DNA of 64,000 bases from a virus. The position numbers were made by a program, and so were the translations under genes. The stretch is from positions 24,428 through 88,427 of IMG/VR virus record IMGVR_UViG_3300034198_015569; one strand, written 5' to 3'. Positions 45,067 through 55,425 of this stretch are shown here, one piece after another. Numbering within the stretch: position 1 is the first letter of the stretch; each line of letters opens with the position of its first letter. Below the pieces are notes generated by a model. That model was given only the letters and a program-made list of their open reading frames with translations. It searched no databases and was not told the origin of the DNA.

Positions 45067-45091
45067 ATGGGGGAGAAATCCCCCATTTTTT
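45067..45091 (+). terminator. intrinsic terminator
   Basis: ATGGGGGA-GAAA-TCCCCCAT plus T run. Confidence 0.7.
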
Positions 45092-45147
45092 ATTTGACAA
45101 AATATTTTAACAATGCTAACTTAAATTAGTTAGAAAGGAATATATTT

Positions 45148-46332
45148 ATGAGCAAGTTTGAAGTTCCTGTTGTACGTGTATCTAAAGTAACTGACCACGA
45201 AAATGCGGATAGACTTTCACTCGTTTACTTTAATGGTTTCATTACCATTTCAGCCAAGCTAGATGATGGTTCCCATCGTTATAAGGTTGGCGATCTAGTC
45301 GTTTATGTTCCAGAAGGCGCAATCGTTCCTGAATATCTTCTTCGTCAGGGATTTTGGGATTCTGAAAAAGAAAAAGGAATTCTTGCTGGCACCAAGGGAA
45401 ACCGTGTCAAGGCAAAATCGCTTAGAGGTGTCATTTCTCAGGGAATTATGTTTCCTGTAGAATATTCAAAGAAGTTTGAAGGGGATGAAGGTATTCCGAC
45501 TGTATTCAATGATACTGATGGTACCTTGATCGTGTGTGAAGGCACGAACGTTGCTGAATTTCTCGGTATCCAGAAATGGGAACCTGAAATTCCAACTAAC
45601 TTTGCTGGCGACGTGATTAATGTTGGAACCCACAATACTGTGGATTTTGATATTGAAAACCTTCAGAAGTATCCTGACACATTCCTGGCAACAGACGATG
45701 TTGTTGTAACCGAAAAGCTTCATGGAACCTGTGCTATCTATGGATGGCTTGGTGATTTTGATGACGCTGATCTATATAAGAACAATATGTATTCTTCTTC
45801 AAAGGGAATGGCTAGTAAGGGACTTGTTTTCAAGTTTAACCAGTCAAATCAGGAGCGTAATCTTTATACCCGTATGGGTGTAGAGCTTAAGATTTTTGAC
45901 CAGTTGGAATTGATTGTTGAAGTTCTAAAGAAGAAGTATACTGTCATCAATAAGGTTGTTCTTCTCGGGGAAATCTTCGGTAGAGGTGTGCAGGACTTGC
46001 ACTATGGTCTCGGCAAGCCTTCATTTCGTGCCTTTGAAATCTTTGTTGATGCTGAAACAGCAGGAGGCGAGCGTTTCATTGGTTGGGTTGATAACTATAA
46101 ATATGAACTAATGTTCTTTGGTGACATTGATCCAGTTCCTATTCTATATCGTGGTAAGTTTGATCTTACTAAGATGGAAGAACTTCGCACTGGAGAAGCT
46201 TCTATTGGCGGCGGACATGTCAAGGAAGGTGTTGTTATTACACGCTTCAATGATGATGGAACCCGCACCATTATGAAGTTCATCAATCCTTCGTATTTGA
46301 CACGTAAGGGTGAAGTAACCGAATTCAATTAA
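45148..46332 (+). CDS. RNA ligase, DRB0094 family
   Basis: N-terminal OB HENADRL...RGVISQG; TEKLHGT, GEIFG.G.Q, EGVV. Confidence 0.85.
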   Translation: MSKFEVPVVRVSKVTDHENADRLSLVYFNGFITISAKLDDGSHRYKVGDLVVYVPEGAIVPEYLLRQGFWDSEKEKGILAGTKGNRVKAKSLRGVISQGIMFPVEYSKKFEGDEGIPTVFNDTDGTLIVCEGTNVAEFLGIQKWEPEIPTNFAGDVINVGTHNTVDFDIENLQKYPDTFLATDDVVVTEKLHGTCAIYGWLGDFDDADLYKNNMYSSSKGMASKGLVFKFNQSNQERNLYTRMGVELKIFDQLELIVEVLKKKYTVINKVVLLGEIFGRGVQDLHYGLGKPSFRAFEIFVDAETAGGERFIGWVDNYKYELMFFGDIDPVPILYRGKFDLTKMEELRTGEASIGGGHVKEGVVITRFNDDGTRTIMKFINPSYLTRKGEVTEFN

Positions 46333-46341
46333 GGAGAATAA

Positions 46342-46668
46342 ATGATTACTATTGAAGAATTGCTTGAAAAAGCAAAAAGCAATAAACTGGATCAAGACAC
46401 TGTTATTGTTATCGATTCTGTGGAATATAAGGTTTTGGGCTTTACTTTCAGCAAGGAAGAGTTTACAGTTAACGTTCGTGTAAGAAATATGCTAACCTCA
46501 TCTGAAAAAGATATTGTTTTGCCATATACTTATGTAAAAACTGATATACTTCGTCCCGTATTCCAAACCTCGGATGATGAATCTATGATCCGTAATGAAG
46601 TTGAGGTATCGAAACCTAAAAAGATTCGAAAATCTTATCCGGGGAGAGGAACCTTTGTTCAAGAATAA
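46342..46668 (+). CDS. hypothetical protein
   Basis: AAGGAG RBS. Confidence 0.55.
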   Translation: MITIEELLEKAKSNKLDQDTVIVIDSVEYKVLGFTFSKEEFTVNVRVRNMLTSSEKDIVLPYTYVKTDILRPVFQTSDDESMIRNEVEVSKPKKIRKSYPGRGTFVQE

Positions 46669-46752
46669 GCTTGACATTTCAGACATTTAGTATATACTTA
46701 GAAAGGATCGGTCAACCCGGTCCTTTTTCTTTTAAATTTATGGAGATTAAAT

Positions 46753-46842
46753 ATGCCTCATCCAAAGAAGTGTGGAAAAGGCCGCCGTAAGGTTGGTTCA
46801 ACAAAGCGCCGTAATCGTCGTAAGAATCGCATTAAGACCTGA
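46753..46842 (+). CDS. 29-aa highly basic peptide
   Basis: GGAG RBS; MPHPKKCGKGRRKVGSTKRRNRRKNRIKT. Confidence 0.55.
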   Translation: MPHPKKCGKGRRKVGSTKRRNRRKNRIKT

Positions 46843-46853
46843 TTGGAGTTAAC

Positions 46854-47087
46854 TTGATGGTTCGTGTTCCGCCACTTATTCAAAATGAATTAAATAAAAT
46901 TCCAAAAGAACATATTTATATAGTAAACGGAACAAAACACAATAAAATTTATATTTTTGGAAAATTGATTGCGTCTCTTCCAAGGTGTAAATTTAAAGAT
47001 GATGGGCCTGCTAGGCGTGCTGATCAAAAAATCGCTTGTCGGATAAAACGGGCGGTATCAAAAAACCTTATACCAACATACCCTTGA
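46854..47087 (+). CDS. hypothetical basic protein (paralog of 47145)
   Basis: PPLIQNEL..IP motif. Confidence 0.55.
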   Translation: MMVRVPPLIQNELNKIPKEHIYIVNGTKHNKIYIFGKLIASLPRCKFKDDGPARRADQKIACRIKRAVSKNLIPTYP

Positions 47088-47144
47088 CACATATACCTCT
47101 ATAGGGGTAGTCTGTTTCGCTATCATAGCAAAAAGGCTGCCCCT

Positions 47145-47384
47145 ATGAGTGTTATACCATCGTGGATGCCACCCTTAATTCGGCAGGAACTTGAAAGAAT
47201 TCCTATCGAATCTTTGCGTATTGAACGTAGTAAAAGAGGGACAAAAATCATAATTGCTGGAAGGCCAGCAGCTATAATTCCTCCTTCTGGTAAAAACCTC
47301 CGAAACACTAAGAATAACGAGAAAGGATTGTCGGCACGCATCAAACGAATTGCCCGTGCGCGAAATCAATATGAGTATGGATAA
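47145..47384 (+). CDS. hypothetical basic protein (paralog of 46854)
   Basis: PPLIRQEL..IP motif. Confidence 0.55.
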   Translation: MSVIPSWMPPLIRQELERIPIESLRIERSKRGTKIIIAGRPAAIIPPSGKNLRNTKNNEKGLSARIKRIARARNQYEYG

Positions 47385-48996
47385 ACAACAGATTCGAGCT
47401 ATTGTAGAAGAAAACTTCCCTAAGGAAGAAGAGTTTAACGGTCAAGTAACGACCATTACTAAAATCGTTGACGCTTTTCTCAACAAAGAGAAGCGTCACG
47501 TCTTTTTAGATGCCCCTACAGGCTCTGGAAAATCAGTGATTGCCGTAGGCGTGGCACAGACAATGAACGCTATTCATGGTGGGTTGCATAAAACCTCGAT
47601 TGTAACTTCTACTCGAAATTTGCAAACCCAATACAGCGATGATTTTGAGACTATTAGCAGCCTATGGGGCAAGCGCAATTATGATTGTAGGTTTGATACC
47701 TATTATGGCTCTGGTGAGTGTTTTATCAAGCGCAAAGAGAACCGCTGTTCTAATGAAGTATGCCCCTATTTTAATGCTCGTGAAGAATGGATGTATTCCA
47801 ATCTTCGAATGACCAATACAAGTTTTCAAATTTCTGCTAGTGACATTATTACAAACCTACCAGACACAAGGGCAAATCTCATCATTATTGATGAATGCCA
47901 TACACTTGGTGATAAAATTCAAGAGCATTGCACAGTTAAGTTTGAGCCAGCGGCTTTTGAGCCATATCGTTTAATTCTTCGCTCTGAAATCAATAATATC
48001 AATCAAGTGATTAAAGAATTGTTGAAAATTATTGAAGATAATACCGTATCTGGTGTAACACAGTTAAAAGAATCCCATAAGGCTAATCTGGAAAAAATTT
48101 CAGAATACTTTAAATATATTTACAAATCAATGAATACAAAACGAGATGGGTTAACGCTTGGAAACAAGGATAAGGCTCTTATTTACCATCATACAGAATG
48201 CGCATTTCTTGCAAGTGAATATGGAGGTATGGCCGAGCTTCTTCATCTTAATATCGGACAACCAATGTTGAATGATGATGGCAAGCTTCGTCCGGTTTTT
48301 CCAGGCTCATTCGCTTATTACGCTGTATATAGAAAGGCAAACTACTTCCTCCACATGTCTGCTACCATCTGTGGATTTGAAAGCTACGGAAAAGAGGTTG
48401 GTATTAAAAACTTTGAAGCTGTAAAAGTATCAAATTACATTCCTAAGGAAAATCGACGTATTATTTTTTCACCTAAACAAAATGTCTCGAAAGATGCTTT
48501 AAATAGTGATATGATCAAAGAGATTGATCAAATTATTGATGATCATAAAAACCAAAATGGCATTATTCACACTACGTCCTTCCGCCGTGCTGATGAAGTT
48601 ATAAAGGCTTCCAAGCACGCGAAGAATATGAGCGTGTTAACTGGACGTGATGAAATTATTTCTCTTCTTTCTTCAAAGAAAGGTAAAATTATTCTCAGTC
48701 CTTCCATGGTTGAAGGGTTCGATCTAAAGGATGATCTGGCCCGTTTTCAAATCCTGTTGAAGGTTCCCTATGAGGATACAACTGAACCGATGACAAAACT
48801 TATTTTTCAAAAGAATAAGCCTTTGTATTTCCGCCGTGCTGTCCTCAAGATTGTTCAAGCATGTGGGCGAACAACTCGTCATAATGACGATTATTCCGAA
48901 ACATATCTCTTGGATTCTGCTTTCTATAACCTGATGAAACATAATACTGACTTGTTTCCAGAATGGTTCATTGAAGCTATTGAGGTTAAGAAATGA
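47371..48996 (+). CDS. DinG/Rad3-like SF2 helicase
   Basis: APTGSGKS, IIDECH, SAT, EGFDL, QACGRTTRH..D; Cys cluster. Confidence 0.85.
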   Translation: MSMDKQQIRAIVEENFPKEEEFNGQVTTITKIVDAFLNKEKRHVFLDAPTGSGKSVIAVGVAQTMNAIHGGLHKTSIVTSTRNLQTQYSDDFETISSLWGKRNYDCRFDTYYGSGECFIKRKENRCSNEVCPYFNAREEWMYSNLRMTNTSFQISASDIITNLPDTRANLIIIDECHTLGDKIQEHCTVKFEPAAFEPYRLILRSEINNINQVIKELLKIIEDNTVSGVTQLKESHKANLEKISEYFKYIYKSMNTKRDGLTLGNKDKALIYHHTECAFLASEYGGMAELLHLNIGQPMLNDDGKLRPVFPGSFAYYAVYRKANYFLHMSATICGFESYGKEVGIKNFEAVKVSNYIPKENRRIIFSPKQNVSKDALNSDMIKEIDQIIDDHKNQNGIIHTTSFRRADEVIKASKHAKNMSVLTGRDEIISLLSSKKGKIILSPSMVEGFDLKDDLARFQILLKVPYEDTTEPMTKLIFQKNKPLYFRRAVLKIVQACGRTTRHNDDYSETYLLDSAFYNLMKHNTDLFPEWFIEAIEVKK

Positions 48997-49403
48997 TAAA
49001 GCTGTTCAAAAGAAAGGTGGGGGGAATAAAGGAATTGCCTATCCCTCCATCTCGTGTCATTTATAATCCAAGATATGTTGAAAGATATATAAGGGACGCC
49101 AAGCTTAATTACAGCATTCTTTATGAAGATATGGAAGGTATTGATTATATTTGTGTTAAAACAATAGGCGAAATTAAGTTCAATAATATTAGAAACACAG
49201 TATGCGGACCTTTTACCATGGATGAATGTGGAAAACTTTATTATTGTAATATATTTCACAATAAAGATTTTCTAGAAGTTAATAAGTATTGGATGGCACC
49301 AATACTTAAGTTGACCATCGAACCTAGATATATTGGAAACTTATACAAAAATGTTAATATAATTGACATAGATGAAGTTTCTTTCAAAAAGTTAGATATT
49401 TGA
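48993..49403 (+). CDS. hypothetical protein
   Basis: Coupled ORF. Confidence 0.5.
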   Translation: MIKLFKRKVGGIKELPIPPSRVIYNPRYVERYIRDAKLNYSILYEDMEGIDYICVKTIGEIKFNNIRNTVCGPFTMDECGKLYYCNIFHNKDFLEVNKYWMAPILKLTIEPRYIGNLYKNVNIIDIDEVSFKKLDI

Positions 49404-49452
49404 GCTTGACAAAAGAAATAATTATGATTATAATCCGTAGGCGAGGGCGAGG

Positions 49453-49905
49453 ATGAAACAACCTGATATGGATGAAAAACCACCATACTTAAGATTAAAA
49501 AAAGATGGTGATTATTCTGAATATTTCATTAGCATAGCAAGACCATCTAAGATGGATCGATATGATAAACAATATATTCATTCATATAAAAATCAAGCGT
49601 CCTTGAAAATGCCAGTTTTATATGAAGATGTAAACGAATATAAGTATTTACTATTAAGAAGTTTAGGTTCTTTATTTGAAGAGTATCCTCATTGCTTTTA
49701 TATAGATGAGGCTGGTAATTTATATACATGTAAGAATTTCTTAGGAGATTTTAATACTTGTTATCTATTATTATTATCTGGTCTAATGGATATGAACTAT
49801 TGGGATTATGAATTAATTGAAAATAAAGATAAAGATTCTGATTTGAATGGATTTTGGTACTTTGATTTAGATTATTCGCCGCTATGGTGGGAGATTAAAA
49901 CTTAA
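49453..49905 (+). CDS. hypothetical protein
   Basis: ORF; shares LYED...DE.G.LY pattern with 48993. Confidence 0.5.
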   Translation: MKQPDMDEKPPYLRLKKDGDYSEYFISIARPSKMDRYDKQYIHSYKNQASLKMPVLYEDVNEYKYLLLRSLGSLFEEYPHCFYIDEAGNLYTCKNFLGDFNTCYLLLLSGLMDMNYWDYELIENKDKDSDLNGFWYFDLDYSPLWWEIKT

Positions 49906-49922
49906 ACTTACAGGAGAATTAC

Positions 49923-50546
49923 ATGGCAATTGGATTGAATACATTGGTTTTGTCGCCAAACTTTTCACCAGAATCTGTATTTCCTCTATCTACACTTTCT
50001 GCCGAAGAGGCAATTGTAAAGGTTCTTACCGAAAAGTTTGATGTTCTTTACTATTATGATAGACCTGTACTTACACCTTCTCGATTTGATTTGAGATGGC
50101 CGTCTGTTGTTGTGTCTCCTTACATGCCAAAGCATGATAGGAAGGTACAGATGAAGAAGCATTTTCTGTTCCTTCGGGATCATGGACGGTGTATCTTCTG
50201 TACAAGACAGCTAAAAGAAAGTGAAGTTACAAAGGAACATATCATTCCAACTTCTAAGGGTGGTAAGAACACTTGGACGAATGTTGGCGTAGCATGTCTT
50301 GACTGTAACTCTGAAAAGGGTGACAGTATGCCAACTGGTAAGTGGACCCCTAAGTCTAAAGCTTATGAGCCTACTTATTTTCAGCTTATTGAATTGAGGA
50401 AGAAGTATCCTGTGGTTATCGATGATGTAATTTGGAAGGATTTCCTTCCCGGTTGGTCTGGTGATATCATTTTGAGAGACCCAACTACAGGTAACAAAAC
50501 CAATCTCAAAAGAGAATATATAGCAGAGGAACAGGCGGCGGAATAA
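49923..50546 (+). CDS. HNH endonuclease family protein
   Basis: LRDHGRCIFC...EHIIPTSKGG...W.NV..AC..CN. Confidence 0.8.
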   Translation: MAIGLNTLVLSPNFSPESVFPLSTLSAEEAIVKVLTEKFDVLYYYDRPVLTPSRFDLRWPSVVVSPYMPKHDRKVQMKKHFLFLRDHGRCIFCTRQLKESEVTKEHIIPTSKGGKNTWTNVGVACLDCNSEKGDSMPTGKWTPKSKAYEPTYFQLIELRKKYPVVIDDVIWKDFLPGWSGDIILRDPTTGNKTNLKREYIAEEQAAE

Positions 50547-50579
50547 GTCGCCTGTTCTATTTTTAAGAATAGTTTAAAT

Positions 50580-51125
50580 ATGATGAAAGAACATTTATTA
50601 AAAAGATATTGTGAAACTGAAAGATATACATGTTACATTGACGAAGAAACTCATGCAGCAACATTCTTCTTATTTAATTTAACAGGCCAGCTAGTCGGAT
50701 ATCAAAAGTATGATCCTCTGGCGAATAAAGATGGTCGCAACGATCAATATGGTAAATATTACACTTGGTGTTTAGATGAAGGAGAAGGCGGAAAGTCTAA
50801 AAAGGCTCTAGCTTTTTTCGGTTGGGAGAGTTATTATTATCGCTCTGACATTTTATGTGTGACAGAAGGTTTATTTAATGCAGCCCGTTTACATACCAGA
50901 GAAATTCCCTGTTTAGCACTATTGGGAAACGATTTAAAGAAATCCATGTCTCTTCTTCGCACCATTGGTATAAGAAGAAAAATTCTGGCTATTTGTGATG
51001 GTGATGAAGCCGGTAGAAAGTTAGCCAAATTTGGAGATGTATCATTTGAGTGTGGAACCAATGATGTTAACGACATGACCACATTTGAATTTGAAAATTT
51101 GCTTAAATGGATTGAAAGTGTATAA
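50580..51125 (+). CDS. Toprim-domain (primase-like) protein
   Basis: VTEGLFNA, ALLG, ICDGDEAG. Confidence 0.7.
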   Translation: MMKEHLLKRYCETERYTCYIDEETHAATFFLFNLTGQLVGYQKYDPLANKDGRNDQYGKYYTWCLDEGEGGKSKKALAFFGWESYYYRSDILCVTEGLFNAARLHTREIPCLALLGNDLKKSMSLLRTIGIRRKILAICDGDEAGRKLAKFGDVSFECGTNDVNDMTTFEFENLLKWIESV

Positions 51126-51170
51126 GGATTGTGTTATATAATTTTCTTGTAATACATAAAAATATGGAGA

Positions 51171-52295
51171 GTGATAATGTTTCCAAAAATTAAACATATA
51201 AATGACGTTCTTCCATATATTCAAGGTAAAACTGAATTTATTGTTGCGGAGCGTGAAGATTATACTGTTATTGATTATGTAGTGCAAAAGGGCGATACTT
51301 TTGTTGCTGAAGATGCATATGCTGAAAGCATTCTTCGTGAATGCCGTGGTATTGTCTTTGACAAGTCTGGTAATCTAATTCGCCGCCCTCTACACAAGTT
51401 TGATAATTTGAATCAAAATGAAGCTGCACATTATTCTAATGTTGATTGGGATAGTGAACATGTTCTTTGGGAAAAAATGGATGGCAGTATGATTGCCCCA
51501 ATTCCTATTGATGGAGATTTCCGTCTAGGCACTCGTATGGGTGTTACTGATGTTGCAATACAGGCTGAAAAATGGCTATCAGCGGATCATACCAGCTTTA
51601 TCAATACTTCAATTAAAATTGGTATGACACCAATTTTTGAATATATTGGGCCTGATAATCGTATTGTTATCCGATATGATGAACCACAATTGGTATTGCT
51701 CGCATTGCGTTATAATGAGACTGGTGAATATTATAGTCCTGACTACTTGAAAAATGTGGCAGATTGCTATAAGATTCCTGTTGCTCGTTCTTATGGTTCT
51801 GTAAAGGAAATCAAATCCTTTCTTGAAATCGCCCAAAAGGAAGAAGACAAGGAAGGTTATGTGGTTGCCTTTGCAACTGGTGAACGATACAAGATCAAGA
51901 ATGAACTTTATCTTAATCTACATAAATCTAAGGATTTGATGCAGTCTAAGAGAAATATTGTTCTTCGTGTCTTGGATAACACCATTGATGACTTGAAGGG
52001 ACTTTTGTTTGATTCAAATGATCTAGCTGAAGCTATTCGAGTTGAAAAGCGCACATGGGAACTTGTTGATAGCCATACAGATTTCATTCAATTTGCATAT
52101 AATTCTGCCCGTGAGAAATATGTAGATAAGAAAGATGTGGCGTTGAATGGTGATCAAACCAGAGAAACCAAATCTTACATTTTCGCAATGTGGGATGGTA
52201 AGAAAACCGCCAGAGACCTAGCGATTGAAGATATTCGATCAAATTGTTCTCAGGATAAGGTTTACAATGAGAAGCTGTCATCCATGATTGGGTGA
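51171..52295 (+). CDS. RNA ligase 1 (T4 Rnl1-like)
   Basis: RECRGIVF, HKFDNL, EKMDGS, FEYIGP.NRIV, EGYV, KIKN. Confidence 0.85.
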   Translation: MIMFPKIKHINDVLPYIQGKTEFIVAEREDYTVIDYVVQKGDTFVAEDAYAESILRECRGIVFDKSGNLIRRPLHKFDNLNQNEAAHYSNVDWDSEHVLWEKMDGSMIAPIPIDGDFRLGTRMGVTDVAIQAEKWLSADHTSFINTSIKIGMTPIFEYIGPDNRIVIRYDEPQLVLLALRYNETGEYYSPDYLKNVADCYKIPVARSYGSVKEIKSFLEIAQKEEDKEGYVVAFATGERYKIKNELYLNLHKSKDLMQSKRNIVLRVLDNTIDDLKGLLFDSNDLAEAIRVEKRTWELVDSHTDFIQFAYNSAREKYVDKKDVALNGDQTRETKSYIFAMWDGKKTARDLAIEDIRSNCSQDKVYNEKLSSMIG

Positions 52296-52361
52296 CAGCA
52301 ATTTTTTAATCAATATAATATGAATATGTGAAAGGAGGAAGTGGAGGTAAATGAATAAAGC

Positions 52362-53117
52362 TTGGGCCACAATGTTGGTGGGCTTGAGTATGAAAAAAAG
52401 ATTAGAAATTGTGTGAAACAAGTAAATTTAAATAATGTTAAACTTTTGAGTGACAATGGTGGATTTAATTGCAATGATGTCGATTTACAACTATTAATAA
52501 ATGGAAAAAATACTAATTTTGAAGTGAAATGTAAGGATGCACAAATGGGCGAAAGTTCATACAGCTACTTACAAAACAGGAGTCCGAAGTTTGTTCCCAC
52601 AACCGAGAAAGCGGACCCTGATATATCTGATATAATCATATCAGAATTAAAAAATATGGAAGGTTCTATACTGGAATTGTTTGATTATTTAAAACAGCAA
52701 GAACCAGTTCATTATCATTGTCCTATTGACGGATTGCCTCTGAGAGTTACTAAGCGAGCGTGGACACGGGCAATTTCCGATAAAAAGATATTGCCTATTA
52801 ATGCCAGAATTCAATTTGATGAACGAATTATAGAACATCATTATAATACACGAAATGTGTTCTATATCCAGATTGAAGACTTAGGATTATTTTATTTAAA
52901 AGAAAATCCTCTCAATCTACCAATACCACGATTACAGGGCAATGTGCTTATTGAAGTGCGCTTAAAAAGAGGTGGCTCTTCGTTGTTAAAATCTATCGGA
53001 GAAAATGCGGCAACTGTAGTGCTTAGAGCTTCTGGAAGGCTTAAATTTAAAGGGAAATCCGAATACTCCTTGGACTGTCCTGAAAAAATTTCAAAACTTT
53101 TTTCAGAAGTGTCTTGA
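52362..53117 (+). CDS. putative restriction-like PD-(D/E)xK nuclease
   Basis: G..YE...DVDL...FEVK spacing. Confidence 0.45.
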   Translation: MGHNVGGLEYEKKIRNCVKQVNLNNVKLLSDNGGFNCNDVDLQLLINGKNTNFEVKCKDAQMGESSYSYLQNRSPKFVPTTEKADPDISDIIISELKNMEGSILELFDYLKQQEPVHYHCPIDGLPLRVTKRAWTRAISDKKILPINARIQFDERIIEHHYNTRNVFYIQIEDLGLFYLKENPLNLPIPRLQGNVLIEVRLKRGGSSLLKSIGENAATVVLRASGRLKFKGKSEYSLDCPEKISKLFSEVS

Positions 53118-53210
53118 CGGAAGGAACAAGAAAAAGTAAGGTTGTGATATGGCCGCTGATGGCGCCACCATCTTAACCATATATCATAATTAAATGAGGA
53201 GAATGTGAAT

Positions 53211-53873
53211 ATGTCTGATGCAACCGTTACCGCTTCTGAAATTCTTGAAACTCGAATCACTTCTACTGGTTCGACGGGAGTAGCAAAGCGCCGGGGCCGT
53301 GCCCCTTGGAGTCCAACCCGTGAAGAGATCGATAGTCTGGTTCTGAAGGTCGGACGTGGAGATGATCTAATTGCAGATTGCAACATTTCTCGTGTGATGG
53401 CAACCAAATATCTGGAACCCACGGGACTTTTCAAGCGCTTCGCTAAGCATGCGATTTCTATGCAGCGAGGCCAGCCGGAACAGAAGTATTTTCTTACCGA
53501 AGCCGGTGTAGCGATGTTTGATAAGCTTACGGGCGGTACTGAAACTCCCGTTCGCCCTCCGCAGCGCATTTCTCTGAAGGACTATCGAGCGCTTGAGGCA
53601 GCGAAGAATGTCACTGTCCCTGTCCCGGAAGCTCCTTCCAATGCGGAAGCCGAAAAGGAAGCTGTGGTTTCGGTTAATGCTACCGAAATCAAGGAGGAGA
53701 CTGTGACGGAAACCGTTGCGGAGACTCCCAAGCTCGAAAAGCCTAAGCGCAAGGCTGCTACCGAAGCTCTCAAGAAGGTAGCGGAAGAAGCTAAGGTTGC
53801 TCCTGCAACCTCGGAAAAGCCCAAGCGCAAGCGAGCTTCCCCAAAGCCCGCTGCGGTTAGCGAAGCCTCTTGA
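53211..53873 (+). CDS. putative DNA-binding protein with histone-like K/A/P/E tail
   Basis: wHTH-like YFLTEAG; repeated EKPKRK; own promoter and terminator. Confidence 0.55.
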   Translation: MSDATVTASEILETRITSTGSTGVAKRRGRAPWSPTREEIDSLVLKVGRGDDLIADCNISRVMATKYLEPTGLFKRFAKHAISMQRGQPEQKYFLTEAGVAMFDKLTGGTETPVRPPQRISLKDYRALEAAKNVTVPVPEAPSNAEAEKEAVVSVNATEIKEETVTETVAETPKLEKPKRKAATEALKKVAEEAKVAPATSEKPKRKRASPKPAAVSEAS

Positions 53874-53888
53874 ACCTTTCAACTTTAG

Positions 53889-53919
53889 AAAAGCCGGGGA
53901 ATCCCCGGCTTTTCTTTTT
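53889..53919 (+). terminator. intrinsic terminator
   Basis: AAAAGCCGGGGA/TCCCCGGCTTTT plus T run. Confidence 0.7.
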
Positions 53920-53976
53920 GTTTGACTTTTATAATAAAGATGTTATATTAAACTTATAACATATAGGAGATAATAA

Positions 53977-54453
53977 ATGCGGTGTATTATGTTGATTGGC
54001 CTTCCTGCCGCTGGTAAGAGCACTTGGCGCTCTCAGTTTTTGAAGACTGTTAATTGTGACGAATGGGTTTCGATTTCGTCTGATGATTTTATTGAAAGTT
54101 TTGCAAAATCTTCCGGTAAAACCTACACAGAGGTTTTTAACGATGCCAACAAACTGGCAATGGAAGATATGGAGAAAAATATTCGTTCGGCCATTACGAT
54201 GGGCAAGAATATGATTTGGGACCAGACTAACACGACTGCTAAGGCTCGTGTTAAGAAAATGAAACAGATTCCTTCTTCTTATAAAATCGAAGCGGTCTAT
54301 GTAGTTGCTCCTGATGAGAAAGAGCATATCCGCCGACTGAACTCCCGCCCTGGTAAGATTATTCCCGATTATGTGATTAATAGTATGCGGGCTGGCTTTG
54401 AAGTTCCCACGATTGAAGAGGGGTTTGAAAAGGTTACTATTGTTCATTCCTGA
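53977..54453 (+). CDS. P-loop kinase (polynucleotide kinase-like, AAA_33)
   Basis: GLPAAGKST, ISSD, WDQTN...R, EEGF. Confidence 0.8.
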   Translation: MRCIMLIGLPAAGKSTWRSQFLKTVNCDEWVSISSDDFIESFAKSSGKTYTEVFNDANKLAMEDMEKNIRSAITMGKNMIWDQTNTTAKARVKKMKQIPSSYKIEAVYVVAPDEKEHIRRLNSRPGKIIPDYVINSMRAGFEVPTIEEGFEKVTIVHS

Positions 54454-54508
54454 TTAAAGTTGCCGCTATTGCTAAATAAAGCTATAGCGGTAAACTTAAG
54501 GATTAGAA

Positions 54509-55051
54509 ATGAAAGATAGTTTTGATAAATTTATACTAGAAGTATTTGCATCAGAAGGTGGATTAGATGATAGACCTGCTCATGAAGACCCTGGAGGAAT
54601 AACAAATTTTGGCATAATCAGATATGATTTAGCAGAATATAGAAATTTGCCCATAGAAAAAATAACACGAGACGATATCAAAAATCTCAAAAAATCAGAA
54701 GCTCTTAGCATTTATAAAAAATTATATTGGGATAAAATAAAAGGTGATTCTTTACCAATTGGAATTGATGTATGTGTTTTTGATTTTGGAATTAATTCTG
54801 GAAATGGGACAGCAATTAGAAAGCTTCAGGCTCTTGTAGGAACCTCAGTTGATGGTATAATAGGAAATGCTTCTTTTAGAGCTATCGATAATTATATTGA
54901 AAAAAATGGCATAAAACAAACAATTGAAGAATATCAAAATATTCGAAAAATTTATTTGAAGTCTTTGAAAAATTTCAAATATAATCCTGGATGGCTACCT
55001 AGAGTAGACAGAGTTACTAAATCTGCATTATTATTAATACAAGGAAAATAA
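54509..55051 (+). CDS. glycoside hydrolase family 108 endolysin
   Basis: EGG...DPGGITNFGI, FDFGINSG, DGIIG, GW..R. Confidence 0.88.
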   Translation: MKDSFDKFILEVFASEGGLDDRPAHEDPGGITNFGIIRYDLAEYRNLPIEKITRDDIKNLKKSEALSIYKKLYWDKIKGDSLPIGIDVCVFDFGINSGNGTAIRKLQALVGTSVDGIIGNASFRAIDNYIEKNGIKQTIEEYQNIRKIYLKSLKNFKYNPGWLPRVDRVTKSALLLIQGK

Positions 55052-55330
55052 ATGAATTAGGTTCAAATCCATTGGATTGAAGGAAATTGTCCAGTTCAAG
55101 CCGAAGGATGTATTGGCGAGGAATTATTTTACTTTAGAGCACGAGGAAATCGCTGGAGAATAGAAGTTGGTAATTCAACGGTAGAGCCTATTTGGACATG
55201 TGAAGTTACATATGGAATTGATAGATTTGCGGCGGGCTGGATGGATAAAGAGGAAGTAATCTCTTTCATATATATGGCGGCCGATATTTATTTTAAATCA
55301 AAAGTAAAGGAGAACTCTAATGATTATTAA
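55052..55330 (+). CDS. 92-aa protein with in-frame TAG at codon 3 (readthrough candidate or pseudogene)
   Basis: AAGGA RBS, ATG AAT TAG then 89 sense codons including GNCPVQAEG...YFRARG..W...AGWM. Confidence 0.55.
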
Positions 55331-55425
55331 GGAAATTGTGGAATGGACGATTGTTGCCGGACTCCTGTATGGTGGTGGCTTTCTTCTATTTAAGTTGCTT
55401 TACTGATTAACCTTTTGGTGATGAA

